A stretch of DNA of 61,133 bases, counting the filler, from Sphacelaria rigidula (taxonomy: Eukaryota): NCBI GenBank assembly GCA_964200075.2. It is 6 parts of 6 records of this genome, joined end to end, with 100 filler letters (N's around TTAATTAATTAA, not from the genome) between each part and the next. Parts side by side here need not be neighbours in the genome. Positions count along the whole stretch, not along the records: positions 30,619 to 40,723 come from CAXNAA020007130.1; positions 40,824 to 50,928 come from CAXNAA020007131.1; 4 more parts are not named here. One strand, written 5' to 3'. The number at the start of each line of letters is the position of its first letter. The first letter of the stretch is position 1. The position numbers were made by a program, and so were the translations under genes. Positions 36,848 through 48,141 of the stretch are shown in pieces. Under the pieces are notes generated by a model, which saw only the letters and a list, made by a program, of their open reading frames with translations, had not been told where the DNA came from and did no database searches.

Positions 36848-39800
36848 TTCCTTCTTTCCCCCCCCCCGACAGGTAGTTCGCAGTGCAGACCGATGTCGGG
36901 TTCTCCAAGCGGATAAAGCGGATCTTGAGAGACACTTATCAAGGCTGAGCGATCTACTGCAGCGGTCAAAGGAGAAGGGACTAAGGGCGGATTCGGAGCT
37001 CCGCGAGTTGCGGGTGTCGGCGCTGGAGGCGCGGCTGTTGAGGGAGGAGTTGGAAGCCGTGCGAGATGATTGCGGTCGGCTGGTGCAGCTCATCGGGTAT
37101 ACTACGTCGGCCTTCGTTATAAAATAGTGCACTGCAGTGCGTTCAGCGACATTCCAGAGGCGATATTTGATGGGGAAGGGTGCCGTTTACTTGGTACTGT
37201 CGATGATTGTGCCTGTCCAATGTGGTGAGCCGGAGAAGCCATGTCTCACATGAGGGAGGATGAAATGCGTCAGGTTGGCATGGTGCAGCCTGTTAGGTGG
37301 GTGCATCTCGCTGTGAATTCGTGTCGGGACAACAGATTGTGTGTTCGTACTTTTGTGATCTGTTCTCTGCTATACCCTAGCAACATAGATTGCGTTTTCA
37401 GACTACCTCTTCGGTATCTTGAGGCCATGTACTGGTTTGTGATAGAAGCAGGGCCCAGCGGGTGTCGACGACAGGTGCTTCCTTTTGTAGGGTTTGTATG
37501 CGCTACTCATCGCTTACAAAGATCGCGAACCCTTAGGTGATCTATCCCCGAGGCCTGCAAACAGCGAGCCTTTTACAGCACTCCGGCAGCGAATGTTTCG
37601 GAGTCGTTAATGCACTAGCATTGTCGATAATGTTTTGGTAAGATCGAGAGTCTAGGATACGATTGAGAGTGAGAAACGGTCAATTGAAGAATCAAATAGT
37701 CTCCAGCCCCGAAGTGCCCCTCCGGGCCTTATGCAAGACCCGACATGCTTTCTGCAACAGCTTGCCACTGAAGCCTTGGATATCCCTGAGCAGGATATCG
37801 ACATGTAGCTGTAAGCACACGCTAGTCTTGCAGGCAAACAAATGTACGCACAAAATGGAAAAATTGGTCAAGTTAGAGAGAATAATCAAATGCGCTCTCA
37901 ATCAACGCTAAACTCTCACAAAAACGTTGTTACGAAATTACAGATGCTCTCACTGCCATACATGTTCTTAAAATCACTGCTTCGTCGTCCAAGGAATTCA
38001 AGAAAATAAAATATTATACACTAAACGAGTAGAACAGAGACGGAGGAAGAGAAGGAAGAGCGAAGAGAAGGAGGGGGGAAATGCAGCTATTAATCGAACA
38101 TACGGGAACATCAATATTCCTGCGTTCTTATATGGGGGGCAGGGTACTCCCACATCCACTCACGTCATATGGGGTGCACCACCGCACCGCCCCACCCCCT
38201 CCCTGCTTTTGTCGACGTTGCCGACCTTCATGCACCTAACCACAGCTCCACGACGGAGTACGCGCAGTTTCGACGGCTATGGGACGACAGCGGAGGACTC
38301 ACGCGCATCGGCAACCGCTACCAGCACGTGCCCCCAAATCTCACCAACAACGCAGACGTTACGATCGAGGCGATCGCGACCCTTTGTGAACCCCAAAAAC
38401 ATCGTCGCCCCGTCGGCCGGTGGAGCCAACCATCACCACTACCACCCCCACCCCCACTATCCGGTAACTCTACGTCGTCGTCTGTACTATCACCGCCCCC
38501 GCCGTTGATGCGAGAGCCATCGGCGAGATCGAAGCCTACGTCGGGATATTGCGTAGGAAATGAGAGTACCCTGTTGGGTCGAGGCCTTCGCAATGGCCGC
38601 GGCGGACACAGAGCCGATAAGAGCAGTAGAAGAAGTAGCAGTGCAACCGTCCTCCTCAGCAATGATAGCCAAGCTGCTGGTGATAATGATGGTGACGGTG
38701 ATGGTGATGGTGACGTGAGAGTGGAGGGATTCGCCCCTCCAATCTCCGATGCTTCCCATACCAGCGGTCGTCGTTGTCGTTGCTGGGATCAAGCCATGCG
38801 GTCGGAGTGGTCCAGCCCTGCTGATAAAATTCTCGCCGCGACAGCGCCACCAGCACTGACAGCAACAGTGTCCTCGGGGAGATCATCACGGGCGGCAAAC
38901 CATGATGAGGGAAATCACGATTCGAAGGACTTGAGGCACGCTCAACAACATGCTAGCACACACACCCCGAACCTCGCCACCGGGCATACGATTACGTCGA
39001 GACAGCTGTCAGAAGATCAGCGGGGACAATCCCAAAGGCGATCTGGCCGTGCCCTGCGAGCGGCTGGCCAAACGGAGGGGTTTGCACCAGGGGCGTCGGG
39101 TATGAAGGCTCCCGCTTGGGAGGGTGGACGGGATGGCAAGGGAGCGCCGCCAGCGGCGATGCCACCGGCGGGCGGGAACAGAGGAGGGGGGGAGGCTGAG
39201 GGTGTGGTACGTTGGGGCCGTGTGGACCTGCTGTCGGTGTTGTATCCTCCGCCTACACAGATAACGGGTGAGGCGAGAGGCAGACAGACGAATAGACAGG
39301 CAGAGAGAGAGGAAGAGAGGGATCAGGGTTGCGGAAATATACTGGTCGAAATACCCACGTCATTGAAAACACATGACGGGCGCGGGGAGGGAGGTCCTGT
39401 AAGCAGTATACTCTTGTGTTTACCTCGTCGTTCAGCTCGAACTTCGTTTCTCTTTCTCCTAGCAAGTACTTTGGAGCAATTATGAGTTCGCGGCGCTTGA
39501 TAAACGCACGTGTGTGTGTGTATGTGTGTGTATGTGTGTGTATGTGTGTGAATGTGTGGGTCGTGTGCAAGAATGAAAAACAATGTTCACGATGCTAAAG
39601 TGTCGTCGTGGTACCACACCCACTTTCGTTTGCGAACATTGATCGCTCCAAACTTAGGGCTACAGTCACCGCTATAGGACACACGATACAGCGGCACAGG
39701 GCGAGAGTCGAGCGAGGCATGTATATAGAACCCGTAGTGTAGAGAGACAAACACACTACTGTATTAAGTAACGTCTGGCGTCATGCAGCATTTGCAAAGG

Positions 39801-40244
39801 AAATAGCGAAAGAAAACGTTTCGACTGGTGGGTCTTTCGTCGACCTTCGTAGTACCTGTATTCTCCCTTTTTTTTGCATCAGGGGCGCTGTTGGTGATCA
39901 TCCGCTTTGACACCATCGCCCGTTTCCCCACGATCCCACCTCTGTTACCTCCCACTCCGCCCACCAACGAAGGCGTCCTCAGCTGAAAACGTGCAAAACG
40001 TTGGATATAAGCGACATCTCACTACTCATGCATGTTGATGCTGACTTCGAGTCGTCCTTTGCCGTTTGCCGTTTCCGGATCCTTCAAAACGCGTTGTTGC
40101 GTCGGCGCAACGGGGGACATCGCGCGATCTTCCAGGCGCGGTGACCCCACTGCCGAAGAATGCTGTTGGAGAGTTGTCCATGTGGGTGCCTCGAGAAGCA
40201 GCGGGATTATGTCGGCAATTCGTTTCAGCGTACGAAGAATGCAG
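32023..40244 (+). CDS. Coiled-coil protein gene (partial); exons 32023-32157, 32780-32890, 36145-36300, 36873-37096, 38246-39267, 40136-40244; possible upstream exons 30847-30897 and 31107-31199
   Basis: All junctions are phase-consistent (0,0,0,2,1). Heptad-rich E/R/L exons lead to RLVQLIG|STTEYAQFRRLWDDSGGLT, a long disordered exon, then DLLSVLYPPP...ELSMWVPREA. The gene continues beyond the contig end. Confidence 0.8.
33600..35030 (+). repeat. Intronic tandem satellite, ~188-bp unit, about 7.5 diverged copies
   Basis: Anchor CCCGAGC(C/A)AG(C/T)CCAAGGGT recurs near 33778, 33967, 34153, 34339, 34527, 34716 and 34905. Confidence 0.92.
35100..35320 (-). mobile_element. 3' fragment of a LINE ORF2 (C-terminal CCHC-like region)
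   Basis: Peptide NCPGGNAMESRTHIVAERELYKEER...FDTLHSSEKTIAL resembles a decayed CxC...ES..H...EC zinc knuckle at the end of LINE ORF2. Confidence 0.6.
35539..35613 (+). repeat. (CA)n microsatellite
   Basis: Perfect dinucleotide run. Confidence 0.98.
36795..36847 (+). repeat. (CT)n microsatellite forming the polypyrimidine tract before the exon at 36873
   Basis: TC run immediately upstream of the CAG acceptor. Confidence 0.9.
37640..37830 (-). repeat. Decayed coding-like repeat shared with 60270-60620
   Basis: Minus-strand peptide LQLHVDILLRDIQGFSGK matches LRLHVDILVRDIEGFSGK on contig 6; the nucleotide similarity is visible. Confidence 0.7.
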
Positions 40245-40521
40245 GTGTGCTTTTTTGAGAAAGATGACTCGTCGCGGGAAACACTCCATTACTGAGCCCG
40301 AGCCTATGCGTCATATTTATATATGTATGTGTGGTAGTAGGTCGACAGGGCGATACCCGGGAATCAACATGCATCACTGAATAATCAGGTGCTACCTTTT
40401 CGCGGCACATTTACGTATTAATTGAATCTATATCGCACAGATTTGATTTCGATATATCCAAGCCAGTATCATTCTGACATCCCTTTCCGAAATGAGAATC
40501 AAAGATTTGCTTGGAAGCCTA

Positions 40522-40723
40522 CATGTGTGTGTGTGTGGGTGTTGTCGTCCCATCTATTCTGAACGCCGGTCTGCACCTGTCGTTGTATGTGGGCGCATCA
40601 GCCGGGGTCACACTGGAGGAAGGTCAACACCGGTGGTTTTTCTTTTTTATTCGTTTTTACTATCCCACCTTCCTTCTGCGGTACTTGCCTTTCTTTCTTA
40701 TCGCGAGAGGGGTTCAGCAATCC
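40522..40723 (-). mobile_element. SINE family 1, 3' half, cut by the contig end
   Basis: Reverse complement matches GCTGAACCCCTCTCGCGATAA...TGACCCCGGCTG...AGAATAGATGGGACGACA plus the CA tail. Confidence 0.8.
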
Positions 40724-40823
40724 NNNNNNNNNNNNNNNNNNNNNNNNNNNNNNNNNNNNNNNNNNNNTTAATTAATTAANNNNNNNNNNNNNNNNNNNNN
40801 NNNNNNNNNNNNNNNNNNNNNNN
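40724..40823. other. Artificial contig linker
   Basis: N44-TTAATTAATTAA-N44. Confidence 0.98.
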
Positions 40824-41690
40824 CATCACGCCAGATATAATATATATATCACCCGCCGTTCACAGATTGATTTGCAAACCCGACAACACTTCTTCCCAGC
40901 TGTAATACCACCACAATAACCCTGCAACAAAGAGCACGAGTTGGGCACAGGGATATAGATACACACTGCAGGAGTTGGGCATCATGTATGTCTTGCTGTT
41001 GGTAGTTTCAACTTGAGCAGCGGGGTATGGTGAGGGCAATAACTGCATACACACCCGTGGACAGGGCAGGCAGACAAAGCTGCGCACACTGTTCAAGTCC
41101 TATTCACGTCGCACTGTAAGCAGAAAACATACATACAGTCCTGCGCTGTCTGTACTGTACTTTGTCCGCTTCCCTTTCACGTCCTATTGATTGCGGCAGC
41201 ATGCTGCAAGTACGTGCATCGTGATGTATACTCAGTAGCTGAGGGTATGTACCACCCCCATGCACGCATCCACTTTGTTTAGCCATACGTGGCGCATATT
41301 CCGCGCAAACTATGCTGTATACTGCACCGCACGTATACAAGCACGATGTGGTACTGTCCTGCACGGCATTATACAGTTCAGTACAACACCAAACCATGCT
41401 TATTGTTGTGATGGTCATATCGTCATCAACGTACAGAAAAAACGGCGGTCAAAATTTTTCGCGTGTGAAAAAATCCATCTCTTTGATGTTGGAATGGTGA
41501 ACACATGACTACGGGGTTTTGAACACCTGTGTGTTTAAATGTGTCAGGTTCAAATGGGCAGTGAGGTATACCCAGAAGCTAAAGCTATACAGCATGGCGT
41601 GTGTACATACACTCACAACCAGTGTATGGGATTTGAAATCAGCTAAGGCTGTTGAAGACTTCGATCCGCTTGTCTAATTGATACTGCCTA

Positions 41691-42151
41691 CGTTGGGGAT
41701 AAACTTTGGCATGGACTATCCAGGCAATGCTCAGTAACATAGCGCAGGCAACATGTGTCGTTTGGTGTTTTAGCGGAGCAATCGCTGTCGGTTGAAACGT
41801 TCTAGAGTACGTCTAGAACAAGTACTTCGTATACTGTAGATCGGCCTGAGTCACGGTTCGGTACGATCGAGAATCTTTGATGGGATTGAAATACGAAATC
41901 TTGAGAAGAGGAGCACGAGAGAACTCACGAGTACATCGCGAGCCCTACTCTTTCACTCTTCATCTCTACATTTCTCCAACTTTTCAATTGCACTTCGACA
42001 GTCCATTGTACTCTACAAGTCTTTGTTGGCCGCAAGCGCTCATTCAAGATCAACAAGTCTACAGCAGTAGCACCACCAGCTACCTGCAAGCTAGCTGTAC
42101 AGACTAACGTCTGTCGGTATCAGCCTTTGCCACCACCTGCTGGGAACCACA
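41691..42151 (+). repeat. 5' LTR (may extend to 42167)
   Basis: Direct repeat of 44755-45215 with about 5 substitutions visible by eye. Confidence 0.92.
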
Positions 42152-43057
42152 CACGAAAATCTCACCATAGGTTTTGAGCCATCGTTTCAGTATGGCACCA
42201 GTGCAAGCTACTTCGGGGGGACATCTTCCGAGCATCAAGCACAAGCTAGCTTCTACGCGTCTACACCTTCTCCTGTACGAGACTGTGCGAGAGCCTTTTG
42301 AAGATCCATCTGAGGAGTCAACCTGCTTGCGACTAAGGACACTGAACTGATCACCCGCGGGACTCAGCATACGCACACAATCGGTACGACTTGTTGGTGC
42401 ATCGCATTCGGGGGCAAAAATTATCTAGACGTCGGTTCATTGGCAGCGTACAGAACTGTGCAGATACTCTTTCGGCGTGTTGGGCTACTCAAAAGCTCAG
42501 GACGGGTGAACTTGTAGTTTTTGGGGTAGTCACGTTTCGACAACTTGCCCACAAAGGAAGCCTGCACGCATCATCTTGCAGCACGCCCGTCCAGCACTTC
42601 TGAGTAGTGCCTGGAGAATGGACGTGCCCGGACAGCAAAAATTGTTTTTCTGTGGTCGAAATGAAGCCTGCACGCAGCGACGTGTAGCAAGTCGGAGCAG
42701 TGCAAATCATTGTACCTGCAGGACGGGGTTGCAGACTAGCTACCTGCAGCTGGGAGAGCCTGCACGCAGCGACGTGTAGCACGTTTGTCCAGCATTGATT
42801 AGTAGTGCCTGGGGGACAGACTGCCAGACAGCGAGAGACTGCTGGGCCAAAACGGAAGCCTGCAGGAGTAAACAACTATATCTGTAGCAACGAAATTTGG
42901 ACAGCGCCACATTTGCGGGCAAAACTTTTAGTTTGGGCCGTTGAAACGTGTTTAGGATGAGCACTCAAGCATGGACAAGTCGATCAACATGAACAATACA
43001 CTCAAGACTACCTCCAAGTTCGGGGATAAGGGTTTTCGTGAGTGGAGGTCGAAAGTG

Positions 43058-43717
43058 AGGATAAGCAGCGATACCAGGCCATCATTGGTTCCGTCATGTA
43101 CTTGGCTCAAATCGCCCGCTACGACATCGTGTACTGCGCCAGTCAACTTGCATGGGCAATGTCGAACCCTTCGAAGATCCACATGAGAGCAGCAAAGCAC
43201 CTTCTTCGCTACCTCTCCAGGTCTAGGGACCTCAACATCATGTACAAGAAAGGAGGATTGGACCTCACGGCATTCTCAGATTCCAACTGGGGCAACAATC
43301 CGGACAACGGAAAGTCCATGATGATGTCCAAGGTGCCGGTGAGCATCAAGTCCGGACCAAAGCCTGATTGCCATGTCTACTATGGAGGCCGAGCTGGTGG
43401 CTGCAGCACTCGCGATGAGGGAAGTGATCTTCTGCACCAACATGATGAAGGAACTGGGATTCGGATATGAGTTCCGGAGCGCGTCACTGTGCATCGACAA
43501 TACCGCTACACTCAACGTGATCGGCAACCAGACCTTCAGCGGGCGCACAAAGCATGTGGCACTACGCTTCTTCTACATCCGCGAGACCGTGAAGGAGGGG
43601 AGGATATTCAACCACTACGTTCCGACCGAGGACAACCTCGCCGACATCGCGACAAAGCACCTCAACAAACAGCGTCACAAGTATCTCATCGACAAGATCA
43701 AGAACTTCGGGGCTTGA
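43058..43717 (+). pseudogene. Copia pol remnant: RT C-terminus and RNase H
   Basis: YQAIIGSVMYLAQIARYDI, AFSDSNW, MSTMEAELVA, IDNTA, RTKHVALRFFYIRE and DNLADIATK; one deletion/frameshift near 43320-43370. Confidence 0.93.
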
Positions 43718-44754
43718 CAGGCTGAAGAATATTTATCAAGGATCTTGGACCAAGAACTTCAATCTGCAAAATTCAGGGATCGCCCTGTTTTGACTTCGCG
43801 ATTAGGGACTAATAGTCATCAATAGTCCAGTATTCGCTACTACGTAGTTTTAGCAATATTTTTGCTTTGGATTATATACTTTGGTGTTTGATACATCAGT
43901 GTATCTCTGTCTCTTAAGTACATCCGGTAGAAGATTGCATGCCATGAAATGGATTTCAAAGGTTCCCATTCCTTGCATTAAGGGGAAGTAGTCGACACAA
44001 CGTATGGTCTAGGCTACAGTGTGTCTTTGGATAAATGTGAAGTATTCATTGTTGGAGCAGTAACACGAACCTTCCATTGAGGGGGAGTGTTATGGATGAG
44101 CAAAGCTACATGAGTCGATGTTCAGTAGTATTGTAGAAGTCGAGATCTGAATGCGTACACCGTATCTTAGGAACGTTCTCAAGAACAGCAGTTGGTTCAA
44201 GTACGCCACGTAGAACGGTACTTTTGTTCCTGGAACAGTAGTTTCCAGAACTAGTCTAGAACATGCGTGTGTGTCTGATATTCTAGAATGAGAAGAGGTG
44301 CAGCCAGATCTGTTGCATGGTCGTTTTTCTTGTTTTGGTTTTCAATAACCCCGTGAGATTTTCTTGCAGCACCGGTATGGCAGAGAGAGTACAAGTAGTC
44401 GTTCTGAAGGGACGACAACATCCGCGTGTAGTTTGTATTTCTTATAAGGCAATTTGAGCTTATGCATAGTATGAAAATTGTTCACTAGCATTCATTGCTG
44501 GTGCAGTAGTAATGGAATTGATTTGGCTCATGGCAAGCAGGTGGAAATTCTAAAAGTAATTGAAAACTTGCTTGGTAATTGACATTAATTTCCCATGAGG
44601 TATCGTGTCAACGTAAGCTCTATGGTAAGAAGCACCATATCAAGTTGACACTCGGGAGGGAGTAAGTGAGGTGTTCATTGGGGTTGAATAGTTGCAATTG
44701 ACAACCAGGTAACACAGAGTATTTTTTGCGCAAGCAACTTCCATTGAGGGGGAG

Positions 44755-45215
44755 TGTTAGGGATAGACTTTGGCATGGACTATCCAGGCAATGCTCAGTA
44801 ACATAGCGCAGGCAACATGTGTCGTTTGGTGTTTTAGCGGAGCAATCGCTGTCGGTTGAAACGTTCTAGAGTACGTCTAGAACAAGTACTTCGTATACTG
44901 TAGATCGGTCTGAGTCACGGTTCGGTACGATCGAGAATCTTTGATGGGATTGAAATACGAAATCTTGAGAAGAGGAGCACGAGAGAACTCACGAGTACAT
45001 CGCGAGCCCTACTCTTTCACTCTTCATCTCTACATTTCTCCAACTTTTCAATTGCACTTCGACAGTCCATTGTACTCTACAAGTCTTTGTTGGCCGCAAG
45101 CGCTCATCCAAGATCAACAAGTCTACAGCAGTAGCACCACCAGCTACCTGCAAGCTAGCTGTACAGACTAACGTCTGTCGGTATCAGCCTTTGCCACCAC
45201 CTGCTGGGAACCACA
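44755..45215 (+). repeat. 3' LTR
   Basis: Starts TGTTAG right after the PPT; repeat of 41691-42151. Confidence 0.92.
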
Positions 45216-46874
45216 TGAGAATTCCACAGTAATATATGAAATGGGGGGCAAAAGGATGAGTTTCCAACGACTTCTGCTGTTTCTCGATTCTCATCCACTG
45301 GCACGGTGCAGAGTGTGGGCCTTGAACAGCAGAAGCTGCTCGCCAATGAGTCCTTCTTTTGCCCAATTTCAGGTATTGGCGGGCAAAATAAGGATTTATT
45401 TCGAACAACTTCTGGTGTACCAACTCCATTTGCGAGAGTGTATGGGATTTGCACAGCCTCTGCTGTTCGAAATAGATCATTTTCGCCTGATTCCAATAAG
45501 TTGGAATCAGGATTTATTTGGAACAGCAGAGGCTGTGAAAATTCCAGATTTCCATAGCACTTGTGCCTCCAAAAACAATTCAGGGAAATCTAATATCGAC
45601 ACAGACCTTCGAGGGGCCCGACATTGAAAATCCTCTAGATTATTACGAGTACCCAAGATTCTCTAGGGGGGATTTCAAAACGGACGGAGCCGAGGATGAC
45701 GTTTGAAAATTTCTCGACGAGGTAGCCGAATGGCCGCATGTGCATGCGCTTATCCAAACACAGACAAGCCATCAAAAGACGTGCCACAGCAAAAGATCAC
45801 TGTATTCGCGCACGATTTCTTTTATCGTTAACCTCTGGAAATACTCATGTTATACTTGTTCACATACAAGCCTACGAATGTCGTAGTTTCCGCTCATTTT
45901 CACGCCAGCAGCAACAATCACCATCTCCTTTGGGCAGTTTCTGCAAACCGCACGAAGATGATTCCACTTTTTGCGCGAACAATAATATACGAGCTTTATT
46001 TCATTCAGCACACAGCAGTGTATCAAAAACTTCCTCACTCTGACTCTTGATCAAACATCATGCAAATCAATCCCACATGCAGGTTCAAATGTCACTCAGC
46101 AGCTTCTTTGCAGAAACCACCATGTATCATGCGTGCCAACCAGTGCGTTTACCCTTAGAAACCAGCGGGTTCCTCTTAATAAACGTTTATTATAGAGCCC
46201 TCCTGGACTCAGAACAAGGTCGCAAGACTGCTCCATGGATGTCCTCCCTCACTAGGGCTTGGAGACTTCAAGACAGTTGTTGTTCATAAACACACAGCCT
46301 TCGTTATCGGAAGTGAACACATGCGTGAAGCATGTGACGTTCAAATCCATATATTCTGCCGATCAGACCCGCAAGTCCGTCAACCAATAGAAAACGCCTA
46401 CAGCAGAATGTTCCACGTGTACATTATCATGAACCTGCACGTACGTGTACTGGAGGTGGGCTACTCTACAGGAGTAACACCTACGGCGAAGATATCCACG
46501 AGTGGCGAGTGTAGGGGCGGGGAGTCGGGGGGGGGGGGCGGTCGGAGCACGGTACACAGTAGTAAATCGAGTATCGGGGGTACGCACAGCACCGGCACCA
46601 TCTCTAACCGCGATTCTTACAACACCTCTACAAACAGTATAGGTAGGACTTCTATAAAGAGTAAGTACAATATACAGAATACGCCGAGACAGCGACGAAC
46701 AGGCAAACGCCAAGTGCTTCGTCGGCGAAGAATGCGGCGAAAACAATTCCGTTTCAAACGCAGCATGATTGAGAACAGACAAACACCACTCCACGGCAAC
46801 AGCCCCTGGCTCTAGCTCTAGACACATGCATTGTATCACACGAACGGAACGACTCTTGACAGACAGTAACGCAC

Positions 46875-47400
46875 CTATCTCGTCAGTGTTCCATCTGTGG
46901 TCGGTTGCTAGCTTCTCCTTGTCCACGTAGTCCTCACAGGCCGCATAAAACTCCGGCATGCGATCTTCTTCGTCGGCCGCACCACCCTGTCGGCCTTGTA
47001 GATGCGGTTGCTGCGCTCACCTAGCCGCGGGTGCCTCCGACGGAACAAGTTGAGCCATTTTCGACCTGAGTCTACTGTCGGGTCCCATGGCACCGGTCGG
47101 TTGTCGCTTCAGAGTGCCATAACCGCCTGTTTTAGGCCATCTCTATTCAGGCTTGTTGACGAGCTGCGGCAAGTTTCAGCTATATCTTCGATGGAATTTT
47201 TTTCTAGCTCGACAGTACAGTACCCGGACCAACCCCGCCAGCTATGCCCACGCCACCACTGACACGCTTCTGCAACGAACCAACGAAGATGTCAAAGGTC
47301 TTTGCAGTAGCATGGAAGATCATGCGACCGCTGCGTACCGCTTCTACGGCCTCTGCTGCACATTCTGGGACCACGTTTACTCTCTACACGCTTAGCAGCC
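46875..47400 (-). pseudogene. pogo/Fot1-like (Tc1-mariner superfamily) transposase remnant: psq HTH, CENP-B HTH and first catalytic Asp motif
   Basis: AVEAVRSGRM...TAKTFDI.VGSLQKRVSG...GPGTVLS, then GRKWLNLFRRRHPRL, then WNTDEIG (cf. N.DETG); stops and frameshifts. Confidence 0.8.
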
Positions 47401-47786
47401 GATCGAGCAAAAAACTGATCTTGAAGAAAAACACACACGTCTTTATTCGCAGTGCTGTGGGATGGTGTTTTATGATGAAAAAGGCATGTGCAGTGGCTCA
47501 AAAGGAGCGTCATGCTCTTGTGCACGCGCAGCAAAAAACAGAATAGAAAACGGTCAATATTCCTTAATTGGTACTGCTCCGCAATAGGGACGTTTACTCT
47601 AATACACAATAAACATTCTTTTCATTCACGCATGGGACGCTTCGATGAAAGCAGGGGGAAATTTGAAGTCGAAGATTCGTGTGTTTCAAGTGCAGATGAT
47701 CGGATATTTTGCGTACCGAGAAATGTTACGATGCTCTGTTCGTTCAGGACCCCATTCGTGTTTTTCCTGAGACTGAGGAGGAGCCT

Positions 47787-48027
47787 AATGCCGAGATAGC
47801 CTTCCCATGAAAAGTGCCACGCACAGACCGTCCTACAAACCGGCTACTATCCCACTATTGGGCTCATTTGCAGCAATTTCGCTCACATGAGAGGCGTGTA
47901 GCAGTCCGAAATCAGATATGACACCCAAATGAGTCGCGTCGTGCAGCACGAAACCAGCTCTAACGGTATTTATGGTCATCGCCTCCGTGCACTTTTTCGG
48001 GCGGTTTGGGGGGGGGCTATCTCGGCA
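47787..48027. mobile_element. Small MITE; a related end lies at 30455-30500
   Basis: TGCCGAGATAGCC...AAAAGTG / CACTTTT...GGCTATCTCGGCA inverted termini; GATAGCCCCCCCCAAAACC...AAAAGTG on contig 3. Confidence 0.55.
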
Positions 48028-48141
48028 GAAGTCAGGAGTTGATAAGGCTGCACGGGTACAGGGCAGTAGACAAGGCACAGAAAGCCGTCGAAATATTACT
48101 CGAAAAAATACCAGCCCCTGGTATGATATAACTTTTTTGCG

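Larger units (their letters stand above)
41691..45215 (+). mobile_element. Ty1/Copia LTR retrotransposon, internally deleted (non-autonomous)
   Basis: Near-identical 461-bp LTR blocks at 41691-42151 and 44755-45215; PBS-like TAGGTTTTGAGCC at 42168-42180; PPT GAGGGGGAG before the 3' LTR; internal gag start fused to the RT end and RNase H. No TSD seen. Confidence 0.93.

Noticed and set aside
41877..42107. Duplicated 76-aa gene (also 44941-45171)
   Set aside because: Lies inside the two LTRs; the identity reflects LTR duplication.
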